This document shows positions 18,660-28,542 of a stretch of DNA of 59,457 nt, one piece after another (the stretch's first letter is position 1; each line of letters begins with the position of its first letter). The DNA is from a virus (Duplodnaviria; Caudoviricetes): positions 1-59,457 of IMG/VR virus record IMGVR_UViG_3300040808_001421; one strand, written 5' to 3'. The position numbers and the translations under genes are program-made. The notes below the pieces were generated by a model. The model made no database searches. It had not been told where the DNA came from and saw nothing but the letters and a program-made list of their open reading frames with translations.

Positions 18660-19581
18660 AGATTTATGGGTAGAAAAATATCGTCCTAAAGAAGTAAAGG
18701 ACTATGTTTTTAGAGACAAGGCACAAAAAGACCAAGTAAACGGTTGGGTAAAAGACAAAAGCATTCCACACTTGCTGTTTAGTGGACACGCAGGTATAGG
18801 TAAGACAACACTAGCAAAAGTATTGCTAAATGAACTGGAAGTTAATGAATATGATGTACTAGAGATTAACGCATCACGTACAAACTCTGTAGAAGATGTT
18901 CGTGATAAGATTGTTAACTTTGTACAGATGATTCCATTTGGTGACTTTAAGGTTGTGCTACTAGATGAGGCTGATTATTTGTCGCCTAACGCACAAGCGG
19001 CATTACGTGGTGTTATGGAGGAATATCATACTACAAGCAGATTTATTTTGACGTGTAACTATCCTAACAGAATTATTCCAGCGATTCATTCACGTTGTCA
19101 AGGGTTTCATATTACAAATGTTGATCAAACAGAGTTCACAGCACGTATAGCCACTATCCTGCTAGAAGAAGGTGTTGAACCAGATCTAGATGTACTTGAT
19201 ACGTTTGTAAAAGCAACATATCCTGATATGCGTAAGTGTATTAATATGTGTCAGATGAATAGTACAACAGGTAAATTACTTCCGCCACAAAAAGGTGACA
19301 CAGGCGAAAGTGATTACAAAGTTGAAATGGTAGAATTGTTTAAAGCAGGTAAGATTCAAGAAGCACGTAAACTTGTCTGTAGTCAAGCAAGACCAGAAGA
19401 AATGGAAGATATTTTCCGTTGGTGCTATGATAATCTTGATGTATTTGCTAAAGAAGAAGACAAACAGGATCAAGCAGTATTAATTTTAAAACAAGGACTA
19501 GTAGATCATTCATTTGTTGCTGATCCAGAAATAAACATGAGTGCTACACTTATTAAGTTAGCAAGGCTGGGAAAGGAATAA
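18652..19581 (+). CDS. sliding-clamp loader AAA+ subunit (gp44/RFC-like)
   Basis: LWVEKYRP, GHAGIGKT Walker A, LLDEAD Walker B, SRC motif. Confidence 0.93.
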   Translation: MAKDLWVEKYRPKEVKDYVFRDKAQKDQVNGWVKDKSIPHLLFSGHAGIGKTTLAKVLLNELEVNEYDVLEINASRTNSVEDVRDKIVNFVQMIPFGDFKVVLLDEADYLSPNAQAALRGVMEEYHTTSRFILTCNYPNRIIPAIHSRCQGFHITNVDQTEFTARIATILLEEGVEPDLDVLDTFVKATYPDMRKCINMCQMNSTTGKLLPPQKGDTGESDYKVEMVELFKAGKIQEARKLVCSQARPEEMEDIFRWCYDNLDVFAKEEDKQDQAVLILKQGLVDHSFVADPEINMSATLIKLARLGKE

Positions 19582-19582
19582 T

Positions 19583-19831
19583 CTGAAGATAAGATACTAC
19601 CATAAGATAGATGGCTGGCGTTGGTTAGGATTTATACTAGCAATGGTCAGTGCATTTACACTAAGCGGCGGTAACCCTGATGTACAATGGTTAGGTTGGT
19701 CAGTTGCACTAGTTTCTTGTAGTATTTGGATTTGGATGGGAGTTAAAGATAAAGATATACCTAGAGCATTAATGGAATTAATGTATCTATTATTAGCAGT
19801 AAGAGGTGTATGGAATTGGGTAGGAGCATAA
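19583..19831 (+). CDS. small multi-TM membrane protein (PnuC-like topology)
   Basis: Three hydrophobic segments; frame is open upstream of ATG 19643 to CTG 19583, which follows an AAGGA SD. Confidence 0.55.
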   Translation: MKIRYYHKIDGWRWLGFILAMVSAFTLSGGNPDVQWLGWSVALVSCSIWIWMGVKDKDIPRALMELMYLLLAVRGVWNWVGA

Positions 19832-19832
19832 T

Positions 19833-20171
19833 ATGGCACACTTAGTAAATGACAAATGTATAATGTGTAAACACACAACCTGTGTAGATGTATGTCCGGT
19901 GGACTGTTTTTACGAAGGTGAAAATATGTTAGTAATCAATCCTGAAGAATGTATTGACTGCGGAGTGTGCATTCCAGAATGTCCTGAAGAAGCAATTTAT
20001 CAGACAGACGATGTAAACGACCCGTGGTATAAACACAACGAGTATTTTTCAACGACAGGTAATTGGCCTAATATTACTGAAGCAAAAGATCCTATGCCGG
20101 ATTACGAAAAGTTTAGTATGCAGTTGGACAAAACCAAACTATTTTCTAAAAATCCTGGCGGAAAAGATTAA
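19833..20171 (+). CDS. fdxA: 7Fe ferredoxin (FdxA type)
   Basis: [43 protein letters not shown]. Confidence 0.92.
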   Translation: MAHLVNDKCIMCKHTTCVDVCPVDCFYEGENMLVINPEECIDCGVCIPECPEEAIYQTDDVNDPWYKHNEYFSTTGNWPNITEAKDPMPDYEKFSMQLDKTKLFSKNPGGKD

Positions 20172-20878
20172 TCTTCTCCGTAGATGGATAAAACTTCTTT
20201 AACTACTTCGTGTCGTTCTACATCTCCTTTATCAAAATTACAAACCGCTAAACGTTGTAATTGTCTTGGTGAAACTTTATTGCAAAAATCAAGTAAGCCG
20301 TTATGATTCATTCGATCCGCTTGTTGTAGATCTCCTGTAACTACCATACGAGAGCCTTTACCTATTCTGGTTAAAAGCATCTTCATTTGGCTTGGTGTTG
20401 CATTTTGCATCTCGTCCGCAATAATAAAAGCATTTTTGAATGTTCTACCTCTCATATAAGCAAGTGGTGATATTTCTATAATATCTTCTTCAAGCATACC
20501 TTTAACTTCATGTTTCCAAAAATACTCACCAAAAACATCAAAAATTGGACGAGTCCATGGTTCCATTTTTTGCTCAAGTGTTCCTGGTAAAAAACCGTGC
20601 TGTTCGTCTACGCTTACAGCCGGACGTGTAATCACGATCTTATCTACCTGTTTGTCTTTGAACTCCTTAATAGCCATCATGACACCTAATAGGGTTTTAC
20701 CTGTACCTGCAGGACCTACTGCAAATACAATGTCTTTTTTCCTATCTTTTAGTGTTTCTAAGTAAGTTTCTTGGTTAATGTTGCGTGGAAGTATGGAAAC
20801 TTCCTGTTTTTTGTGTGCATAGTTGTTATAATCTATTACGTTATTACTTCTACGCTCTTTACGTTTTGCTCTAGACAA
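20168..20878 (-). CDS. phoH: PhoH-family ATPase
   Basis: [39 protein letters not shown]; GGAGG SD on the minus strand. Confidence 0.95.
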   Translation of the reverse strand: MSRAKRKERRSNNVIDYNNYAHKKQEVSILPRNINQETYLETLKDRKKDIVFAVGPAGTGKTLLGVMMAIKEFKDKQVDKIVITRPAVSVDEQHGFLPGTLEQKMEPWTRPIFDVFGEYFWKHEVKGMLEEDIIEISPLAYMRGRTFKNAFIIADEMQNATPSQMKMLLTRIGKGSRMVVTGDLQQADRMNHNGLLDFCNKVSPRQLQRLAVCNFDKGDVERHEVVKEVLSIYGED

Positions 20879-21004
20879 TATTGACCTCCTTTAAGGTTTT
20901 AGTGCCCAACTGCAAAAGTATTTAACAAATAAATGCAGTTTTAAACGTATAACATAATTTTTTTATTGGTCACGAATACGATAAATAAATGTGGAGAACA
21001 AATT

Positions 21005-21532
21005 ATGTATGACGTTGTACAAGTAATCGAAAATATCAAGGGCATATACGAGTCTAATAACACACTAAGGGTTCTTAAAGACTTTGAGCGTGTAATGGAT
21101 GAATTAGATATGTATGTGTTTGAAAACTGGCAAGATGGCGAGTTATGTGAAGGTCCTATTGTTAATAGGCATACTGTGAGTTGCAGTTTTATGTGGCCTA
21201 GAGATAAAATGCCAAACCCTAAAGCAGGAGAAAGATTGCTAGATTACAACTGTAAAGTTTCATACAAAAAAGACTTCTTAATGCAACCAAGAAAAATCAA
21301 AACACCAGACGATTATCGTCCAGGTACTAAAAAAGGTAAAATTGACAGACATCCTATTTGGATTGTAAATGTTGAAATGCCTAAGAGTTTATTGTTTGAT
21401 ATGTACAAAGGATATTTAAGAAGCGTTGACGAACAATTATATGGCGACATGGATCAGGTAGCAACACAGCCTGAAGTACAAGCAACAGCAGATAGTGACT
21501 TGGAGCAACAGAATGACCTCTCTCAAATCTAA
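21005..21532 (+). CDS. hypothetical protein
   Basis: ATG 21005 with GGAG SD and TAAATA at 20982. Confidence 0.7.
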   Translation: MYDVVQVIENIKGIYESNNTLRVLKDFERVMDELDMYVFENWQDGELCEGPIVNRHTVSCSFMWPRDKMPNPKAGERLLDYNCKVSYKKDFLMQPRKIKTPDDYRPGTKKGKIDRHPIWIVNVEMPKSLLFDMYKGYLRSVDEQLYGDMDQVATQPEVQATADSDLEQQNDLSQI

Positions 21533-22226
21533 AGATTTAAAAAACTTTGTAAACGAAATCTTTACTATTGATTCATACAAATCAAAAATGGGTAAAGATG
21601 AAGATGTATCAGTACTTGCATTTGAAGTTACTGATCAAGAACCTGCTAAAGACCTAATGAGTTTTATTGAAAAAGGATATCCTTTTATTTTAGATGCAGA
21701 TGTAAGTTCAGGCGAAAACCGTAGAGGAAAATACGATGTATTTGTCGAACTTGAACGTAACAGATACTTAGGTAAAAATATTAAAACAATTCTTGATGAC
21801 GTACAAAAGTTGACAGGAATCGACGAATGGAAATACAGATACTATAAAGAAGTTGAAAGTAAACCATTCACAGAAGAATTAGAAGTTCCAGTAGATAAGG
21901 AAACATACAACAGTTTTATTGAAGGATACAAACAAAGAGAATTAGATAGATTCTTCAATAAAGGTGCAACTGAACAAAAACATGTGGCTGACAATATTGT
22001 AGAATTTAAAAGACATGCAAGTGGTAGTGTCAGAATGGAAATTGTCGACGAAGGCACAACTGAAGAAATTACTGGAAGATTTGTAGGTGCAACTAAATTG
22101 GACGAAGAGTCAATGTCAGAAGTTCTGTGGCTTACAAAGTACTTTGGTAACTATAACATATACAAAATAGATGAAAACTTGTTCTTTACGAACGGTGTAA
22201 GAACTAAAGTATTGAAAAGGAAATAA
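21513..22226 (+). CDS. hypothetical protein
   Basis: Long ORF; GGAG SD before ATG 21513. Confidence 0.7.
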   Translation: MTSLKSKDLKNFVNEIFTIDSYKSKMGKDEDVSVLAFEVTDQEPAKDLMSFIEKGYPFILDADVSSGENRRGKYDVFVELERNRYLGKNIKTILDDVQKLTGIDEWKYRYYKEVESKPFTEELEVPVDKETYNSFIEGYKQRELDRFFNKGATEQKHVADNIVEFKRHASGSVRMEIVDEGTTEEITGRFVGATKLDEESMSEVLWLTKYFGNYNIYKIDENLFFTNGVRTKVLKRK

Positions 22227-22227
22227 T

Positions 22228-22740
22228 ATGGCTAAAGAGAACTATCAAGCATCATTAGAGATGATTTTACATCATGAAGGTGGATATGTAAACCATCCAA
22301 AAGATCCAGGTGGCGAAACTAACTTGGGTGTAACAAAAAGAGTTTACGAAGAATGGGGCGGAACTAAAGATATGAAAGATCTTTTAGTTGAAGATGTTGC
22401 TCCTATTTACGAAAAAAATTATTGGGGCAAAGTTAAAGGCGATGATCTTCCATCAGGATTAGATCTTTGTGTATTTGATTTTGCTGTAAATGCTGGTCCA
22501 GGAAGAGCCGCAAAATATCTACAAAGACAGATTGGTACAGTAGCAGATGGCGGAATTGGTCCTAACACACTTAAAGCATTAAACAATTATGTTGATGAAC
22601 ACGGTGTAGAAGAAACAATTAAAACATATCAAGCAGACCGTCAGAAATACTACGAGTCTTTATCAACTTTTTCTACATTTGGTAGAGGTTGGACACGCAG
22701 AGTAGAAGAAACTACAGAAGCCGCACTTAAGATGGTATGA
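22228..22740 (+). CDS. endolysin, glycoside hydrolase family 108 with PG-binding C-terminus
   Basis: HEGGYVNHPKDPGGETNLG, FDFAVNAG, FGRGWTRR. Confidence 0.92.
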   Translation: MAKENYQASLEMILHHEGGYVNHPKDPGGETNLGVTKRVYEEWGGTKDMKDLLVEDVAPIYEKNYWGKVKGDDLPSGLDLCVFDFAVNAGPGRAAKYLQRQIGTVADGGIGPNTLKALNNYVDEHGVEETIKTYQADRQKYYESLSTFSTFGRGWTRRVEETTEAALKMV

Positions 22741-22853
22741 GCAACTCCTGTAAAAACTGCGGACACGAAAAACACGAAGGCCCACTATATAAAGAATTTG
22801 TAGACGGTGATGGTAAAACGATTGTTATAGAAGTTTGTAAACAGGGAAGATAA
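22737..22853 (+). CDS. 38-aa Cys/His peptide (not in ORF track)
   Basis: MSNSCKNCGHEKHEGPLYKEFVDGDGKTIVIEVCKQGR; ATGA overlap; fills the gap exactly. Confidence 0.55.
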   Translation: MSNSCKNCGHEKHEGPLYKEFVDGDGKTIVIEVCKQGR

Positions 22854-22854
22854 A

Positions 22855-23340
22855 ATGTTCGGTTCAATTAAAATTGCAATGGTGTTAATTATGTTGGCAG
22901 GTGCTGGCGGTGGTTTCATGTATGTAAAAACACTTAAAAGTGATCTTGCTACTAGTGAAGCAAATAACGCTAAACTGTTAGACAGTGTGTCTGAACAACA
23001 GGCTGTTATTGAACAGCAAAGAAAAGATTTTACTGCTATACTCGAGGCTAATAGAGAACTTGAAGAAAAAAACAGAGTGCTTACCGCAGAGTTTAACGCA
23101 CTTGACGAACGTTTCAATAAAATTAACGGCAAGGGCGAAGTAAGAGATATTGGCAAACTTGCTATTGAAAAAGATCGTGCAGTAGAACGTATTATAAACA
23201 ATGCATCTAAAAAAGCAATGAGATGTGTAGAAATTGCTATGGGTGCAGAACTAACGGAGAAAGAGAGAAATGCTACAAAGAAATCTGAAATCAATTCAGA
23301 GTGTCCTAGTATTGCTAATCCTAACTACGTTCCTTACTAG
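22855..23340 (+). CDS. i-spanin (Rz-like)
   Basis: N-terminal TM, long coiled coil, C-terminal Cys pair; follows the endolysin. Confidence 0.7.
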   Translation: MFGSIKIAMVLIMLAGAGGGFMYVKTLKSDLATSEANNAKLLDSVSEQQAVIEQQRKDFTAILEANRELEEKNRVLTAEFNALDERFNKINGKGEVRDIGKLAIEKDRAVERIINNASKKAMRCVEIAMGAELTEKERNATKKSEINSECPSIANPNYVPY

Positions 23341-23662
23341 TTGTAGTACGGTATCTAAGTTAGACATTTTCAAGACAGAAGTAGAAAGAGCACCTCTGAA
23401 TCTCCCAGATCCAGAAACTCCTAAAATGGAGGAACTAAAATTCATCATTATTACTTCTGAAAATGCTGAAGAAGTATTTGCTAAAATGAAAGAGCAAGGT
23501 AAAGATCCTGTGCTGTTTGGTTTAAGCGATGATGACTATGAAACACTTGCTAAAAACTTTGCACAAATCCGTGCATACATGATCAAGCAAGGTGCTACAC
23601 TAGATCAATATAGAAAGTATTATGAGGGCGGCGATAATACTGACGCTACTGATTCTAAGTAG
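23270..23662 (+). CDS. o-spanin (Rz1-like lipoprotein)
   Basis: Signal peptide with lipobox FLTSC; overlaps the 3' end of the i-spanin; Pro-rich segment. Confidence 0.7.
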   Translation: MLQRNLKSIQSVLVLLILTTFLTSCSTVSKLDIFKTEVERAPLNLPDPETPKMEELKFIIITSENAEEVFAKMKEQGKDPVLFGLSDDDYETLAKNFAQIRAYMIKQGATLDQYRKYYEGGDNTDATDSK

Positions 23663-23774
23663 TTGTTCCACTAAAACCACTTGTGCTTTAAAACCCGGTG
23701 CTGAACTTAACACTAAAGGTCAGACTATTACAGAAAAAATAGTACCCAGGGGCCAAATAACCTGCGATTTTTAA
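23622..23774 (+). CDS. small lipoprotein (50 aa, not in ORF track)
   Basis: MRAAIILTLLILSSCSTKTTCALKPG...ITCDF; lipobox LSSC. Confidence 0.55.
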   Translation: MRAAIILTLLILSSCSTKTTCALKPGAELNTKGQTITEKIVPRGQITCDF

Positions 23775-23805
23775 TAAATACATATATTAAACGAGAGGGT
23801 ACAAA

Positions 23806-24168
23806 ATGAGTGATTTAAAAACTGAACAAGAAAAGATCAAAGCAGGTAAAGCAATTGAAGTTAATGTTGGCTCCGAGACAACAAAAAGAAAAATTAATCT
23901 AGAATTAGATGTTGATGCTTCTGCAAAAGACTTAGGTGTTAATCCATATGCTAAACTAATTCATTTAGCACGAGCAGTCGACAGTTGGAGAATTTTTCCT
24001 CGTGTCTTTATTACAACTTACATTGTTTTACTATATAAAGTTGTAGTTTGGTATATGGAACTTCCAAACCCTACTATGGAACAATCAGGTTTGGTTAGTA
24101 TTGTAGTTGGTGCTGGCGCGGCATGGTTTGGTCTATATACTGGATCTAGTAAAAAATCCGACAAATAA
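23806..24168 (+). CDS. two-TM holin-like membrane protein
   Basis: Two TM helices and a basic C-terminus; ends the lysis cassette. Confidence 0.55.
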   Translation: MSDLKTEQEKIKAGKAIEVNVGSETTKRKINLELDVDASAKDLGVNPYAKLIHLARAVDSWRIFPRVFITTYIVLLYKVVVWYMELPNPTMEQSGLVSIVVGAGAAWFGLYTGSSKKSDK

Positions 24169-24171
24169 TCA

Positions 24172-24200
24172 TTGACAAATACCTAAACTAAGTATATAAT
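24172..24200 (+). promoter_or_regulatory. consensus sigma70 promoter
   Basis: TTGACA-17-TATAAT, with the ATG of dnaJ exactly 6 nt after the -10. Confidence 0.85.
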
Positions 24201-24206
24201 ACTACT

Positions 24207-25073
24207 ATGGATTATTATGAACGTTTAGGTGTTTCCCGTAATGCCTCTGAAAAAGAAATAAAGACTGCATTCCGTAAACTTGCGGCAAAGCATCATCCTG
24301 ACAAGGGAGGTGACCATAAAGTGTTTACAGAATTAAACGAGGCTTACCAAACACTAACTGATCCCGAAAAGAAACAAATGTACGATCAATTTGGTACTAC
24401 TGATCCTCAACAACAAGGTTTTAGACAACAGGGATTTAATGCTGGAAACTTTGAGGATATGTTTAGCCAAATGTTTGGACAGGGAATGGGAGGGATTGAC
24501 GGTGAAGAAATTATTTTTGGTCCAGGTGGGTTTCAAAGAAGAAATAGAAATAGAAACCATAATGTAAGAACTAATCTGCAAATAAGTTTAGATCAAGCAT
24601 ATCATGGACATGAGGTTACTATTCAAATTCCTATGCCAACAGGTGGAACAAGAACACTTGATGTTAAGATACCAAAAGGTATTGATCATGGACAAACTAT
24701 TAGATTAAGAGGATTAGGAGACCAAAGTATTAAAGGTGCTCCTCCAGGTGACTTGCATGTTACTGTAACTATTCATGATCAAAAAGGTTATAAAAGAGTC
24801 GGAAACGATTTACAAAAAGACTTGACAGTTGACGTGTTTGATCTTATACTAGGTACTAAAGTGAAAGTAGAACATTTAAACGGTCAAAGTTACAGCCTAA
24901 ATGTACCATATGGCACACAGCCAAATACAACGTACAGCATGGGCGGATTAGGCATGCCTATACTAAATGGAAATGGTTATGGTAATTTATATATTAAAAT
25001 ACAAGCGAGTATTCCAAAAGACCTAACCCCTGAACAACTAGATATGATAACTAAGATTAAAGGAAAACAATGA
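24207..25073 (+). CDS. dnaJ: class B J-domain chaperone (DnaJ/CbpA-like, no Zn finger)
   Basis: DYYERLGV...HHPDKGG J-domain, G/F-rich region, C-terminal GDLHV and GNLYI. Confidence 0.92.
   Translation: MDYYERLGVSRNASEKEIKTAFRKLAAKHHPDKGGDHKVFTELNEAYQTLTDPEKKQMYDQFGTTDPQQQGFRQQGFNAGNFEDMFSQMFGQGMGGIDGEEIIFGPGGFQRRNRNRNHNVRTNLQISLDQAYHGHEVTIQIPMPTGGTRTLDVKIPKGIDHGQTIRLRGLGDQSIKGAPPGDLHVTVTIHDQKGYKRVGNDLQKDLTVDVFDLILGTKVKVEHLNGQSYSLNVPYGTQPNTTYSMGGLGMPILNGNGYGNLYIKIQASIPKDLTPEQLDMITKIKGKQ
24822..24850 (+). promoter_or_regulatory. possible intragenic sigma70 promoter upstream of def-clpA
   Basis: TTGACA-17-TATACT. Confidence 0.5.
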
Positions 25074-25582
25074 ATTTAATTTATTACCCAGACGAATTTT
25101 TAAACAAACAAGTTAAACCATTTGACTTTGAAAATCCTGATATGGATATTTTAGAAGTTAAAAAAGATATGCTTGATATTATGTATGCCAGCGATGGCGT
25201 AGGATTAAGTGCTAATCAAGTAGGCATTGATGCACAAGTGTTTGTAATGGGTAGCAAACATGTACCTGAAAAAAGTGCAATCTTTATCAATCCTAAAGTA
25301 CTCGAAGCAAGTAAAGAAACAACACTAGACTGGGAAGGTTGTTTAAGTTTTCCAGGCATTTATGTACAATTAAACAGACCTAAATGGATTGTTGCAGAGT
25401 TCTATAATGAAAAAGGTGAAAAACAGGTTGGTAAGATCGAAGAATATGATGCAAGATGTTATCTACATGAACTTGATCATTTGCTAGGTATTACATACAA
25501 GGACAGAGCAAGTAAACTAAAATGGGATATGGCCACAAAACGTGCAGATAAATTTAAGAAACGAGGACTTGTAAATGCTTGA
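25070..25582 (+). CDS. def: peptide deformylase
   Basis: GVGLSANQ, EGCLS, HELDH motifs. Confidence 0.95.
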   Translation: MNLIYYPDEFLNKQVKPFDFENPDMDILEVKKDMLDIMYASDGVGLSANQVGIDAQVFVMGSKHVPEKSAIFINPKVLEASKETTLDWEGCLSFPGIYVQLNRPKWIVAEFYNEKGEKQVGKIEEYDARCYLHELDHLLGITYKDRASKLKWDMATKRADKFKKRGLVNA

Positions 25583-27845
25583 GCCTGATTCACAACTAGA
25601 AACAATTTTTGAAAAAGCAATCAAATTAGCACAAGAGGCTAAACACGAATACGTAACAGTAGAACACTTTACCTATGCTCTAGTATTAAATGAAGAATTT
25701 AAATCAGTGTTGGAAGAGTTTGGTGCTAACATCGAAGAGATGAGCAAAGACCTTTCAACGTTTATTGGAACTAAACTAGACGATATCGTTAATACCAACC
25801 GAAAAGGTCGTCCTACTAAAACACAAGCACTAGAACGTGTGCTTAATCGTGCATTTACACAAACACTGTTTAGTGGTAGAACTACTATTAGTCCAAGCGA
25901 TGTTTTTCTTTCAATACTAAATGAAAAGAAATCATACAGTAGTTTCTTAATGAAAAAATACAATATTGATAAAGAGAAGTTTAGTAACTTTATCGAAACA
26001 GAAGCAGTTATTGGAGAAGCGGCTAGTGCAGACTACAACAGAAGTCAACTAGAAAGAATCATTGGTCAGTTTTGTACAAATCTTACAGCAAAAGCAAAAG
26101 CAGGAAAAATTGATCCTGTTATTGGACGTGGAAAAGAAATTGAGGAAACTGTGCTTATTCTAGCACGTAGACAAAAAGCCAATGTAATGTTAGTTGGTGA
26201 TCCTGGTGTTGGTAAAACTGCTATCGCTGAAGGACTTGCTGTAGAAATTGTAAACGATAACGTGCCTGAATTTATCAAAGGTAGTACAGTTTATTCATTA
26301 GATATTGGTGCTATGGTCGCTGGTAGCAAATACAGAGGCGACTTTGAAGAACGACTTAAAATGGTTGTACATGCACTAGAGAAGAAAAAGAATTCAGTTT
26401 TATTCATCGACGAAGCACACATGATTAATGGTGCAGGTAGCGGTGGGCAAGGTCAAGCAAACGATATGGCTAACATGCTAAAGCCTGCTCTAAGTAAAGG
26501 AACAATTAAAGTTGTTGCTTCTACTACTTGGGAAGAATATCGCAAACACTTTGAAAAGGATCGTGCGTTGATGCGTAGATTTCAACGTGTCACGGTTAAT
26601 GAACCAGATGAGGAAACAACAATTGATATCCTTAAAGGTATTAAGAAATACTACGAAAAACATCACGGCGTTACTATTACAGAAAAAGCAATTGAAAATG
26701 CTGTCAAGTACTCAGTAAAATATATGGCTGATAAGAAACTACCTGATAAAGCAATTGATGTAATTGACCGTGCTGGTGCTAGATATAAAATTCAAGATAT
26801 AGAAGGCGGCGTTATTGATCATGATCAGATTGTTTTTGAAATAAGCAAAATGACAAACTTGCCACTAGAACAAGTTGCAAGTAAAGATAGCGAAAGTATG
26901 CGTGATCTTGACAGTAACATGAAGAAACGTGTATACGGACAAGACGAAGCCATCGACAGTTTGCTTGATAAAATTTTTATTGCCCAAGCAGGATTAAAAT
27001 CACTTAATAAACCAATTGGTTCTTTCTTGTTCGTTGGCCCTACTGGTTGTGGTAAAACAGAAACAGCAAAAGTACTTGCACAAGAAATGGGTACAACACT
27101 GGTGCGTTTTGATATGAGTGAATTCCAAGAGAAGCACTCAGTTGCTAAGTTTATCGGTGCTCCTCCAGGCTATGTAGGTTTTGAAGAAGATGCAGGACAG
27201 TTAATTACTAAACTACAAGAATCTCCTAACTGTGTACTGTTGTTAGATGAAATTGAAAAAGCACACAAAGATGTTTCTAATATTTTGCTAGGACTTATGG
27301 ATAATGGATTTGTTACAGGTTCAAATGGTAAAAAAGCAGATGCACGTAACGCCATTGTTATTATGACTAGTAACTTAGGTGCTAGAGAAATGGAAAAGAA
27401 CGGTGTAGGATTTGGTAACTTAGAACGTGAAGGCGAAGATGATAACGCAGTAAATGATTTCTTTGCACCAGAGTTCCGTAACAGACTAGATGGTATTGTT
27501 AAGTTTGATAAACTTGAAAAAACAACATGTTCATTAATTGTTGATAAGTTTATTAAAGAAGCAAACGATCTTGTTAAAGATAAAGGTATCTTTATTGTTC
27601 TAACAGATAATGCAAAAGAGCATTTGATTAAGAAAGGTTTCAATAAGAAAATGGGTGCGAGACCATTACAACGTGTAATTGATCAAGACATCAAAAAACC
27701 AATGAGTAAAGAAGTATTGTTTGGTGATCTTGTCAGTGGAGGTAAAGTCACTGTAGATGTAGTTGATGGCAAAATAAAACTATCAATCGAAAACTTTATG
27801 CAAGAAACTCCAGGGCAAGAACTTGAACGCGAATCACACTCATAA
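25575..27845 (+). CDS. clpA: ATP-dependent Clp protease ATPase subunit ClpA
   Basis: N-domain (HEYVTVEH), two AAA+ modules (GDPGVGKT, GPTGCGKT), KYRGDFEER, PPGYVGF, GVGF ClpP-docking loop, no ClpB-type M-domain. Confidence 0.93.
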   Translation: MLEPDSQLETIFEKAIKLAQEAKHEYVTVEHFTYALVLNEEFKSVLEEFGANIEEMSKDLSTFIGTKLDDIVNTNRKGRPTKTQALERVLNRAFTQTLFSGRTTISPSDVFLSILNEKKSYSSFLMKKYNIDKEKFSNFIETEAVIGEAASADYNRSQLERIIGQFCTNLTAKAKAGKIDPVIGRGKEIEETVLILARRQKANVMLVGDPGVGKTAIAEGLAVEIVNDNVPEFIKGSTVYSLDIGAMVAGSKYRGDFEERLKMVVHALEKKKNSVLFIDEAHMINGAGSGGQGQANDMANMLKPALSKGTIKVVASTTWEEYRKHFEKDRALMRRFQRVTVNEPDEETTIDILKGIKKYYEKHHGVTITEKAIENAVKYSVKYMADKKLPDKAIDVIDRAGARYKIQDIEGGVIDHDQIVFEISKMTNLPLEQVASKDSESMRDLDSNMKKRVYGQDEAIDSLLDKIFIAQAGLKSLNKPIGSFLFVGPTGCGKTETAKVLAQEMGTTLVRFDMSEFQEKHSVAKFIGAPPGYVGFEEDAGQLITKLQESPNCVLLLDEIEKAHKDVSNILLGLMDNGFVTGSNGKKADARNAIVIMTSNLGAREMEKNGVGFGNLEREGEDDNAVNDFFAPEFRNRLDGIVKFDKLEKTTCSLIVDKFIKEANDLVKDKGIFIVLTDNAKEHLIKKGFNKKMGARPLQRVIDQDIKKPMSKEVLFGDLVSGGKVTVDVVDGKIKLSIENFMQETPGQELERESHS

Positions 27846-28542
27846 ACTATTTTTCGGAAAATATGCATACAGGGTAACAATACGTTGCCCGCATATTTCT
27901 GGTATCAGATATCCAGACGCAGAGCATATTGCTAATCTTTTCAAAGTAGAATCCTACAAAGAATATGTGCAATCTATGAAGTATAGACCTAGTGCTATTG
28001 TTGCTGATATCGAAAATCGTAGAATGAGAAGAACATGGGAAAGTAGATTTTTAATTTACAAAGTGTTAACTTACAAAGAAAAAATTGCTAATTCTGGTGT
28101 GAAATTTACTATGAGATTAGAAAGCGATACATGTGGATTTTATTTTAATAACCAAGAAGTTTTTAATGATATGTGCAAGGTATTCAAAGATAGTTTATAC
28201 GATATATCATGGCCAAAGGATTCAACACATTTGAATTATCTTTTAAGCAATCCTACGAACGAAATCGTTAACAATTATCCGTATAACAAATATCAGTATA
28301 GAATTAATTTAAGAAATGTAATAGTACCTAAGGCTATGCGTGAAGGTTTTAAAGATTGGATTAAAAATTACGGCGATTTAAAAATCAGCGAAACTGCAAT
28401 TAAAAGTATCGAATCGGGCGGTTTTAATCTAAATGGTAAATTTTTATACTCGACAAATAAAGAAATGATGTTATTATTACAAATGTATCTTGGTGATGCA
28501 ATTAAAAGTATTACTGAATTCAAACTAGAAAAGGAAATATAA
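27823..28542 (+). CDS. hypothetical protein
   Basis: 239-aa operonic ORF with TTG start. Confidence 0.65.
   Translation: MNANHTHKLFFGKYAYRVTIRCPHISGIRYPDAEHIANLFKVESYKEYVQSMKYRPSAIVADIENRRMRRTWESRFLIYKVLTYKEKIANSGVKFTMRLESDTCGFYFNNQEVFNDMCKVFKDSLYDISWPKDSTHLNYLLSNPTNEIVNNYPYNKYQYRINLRNVIVPKAMREGFKDWIKNYGDLKISETAIKSIESGGFNLNGKFLYSTNKEMMLLLQMYLGDAIKSITEFKLEKEI

Noticed and set aside
20168-20171. Convergent fdxA and phoH sharing a TTAA stop
   Set aside because: Ordinary compact-genome overlap
22785-23294. 169-aa minus-strand ORF
   Set aside because: Antisense to the i-spanin coiled coil
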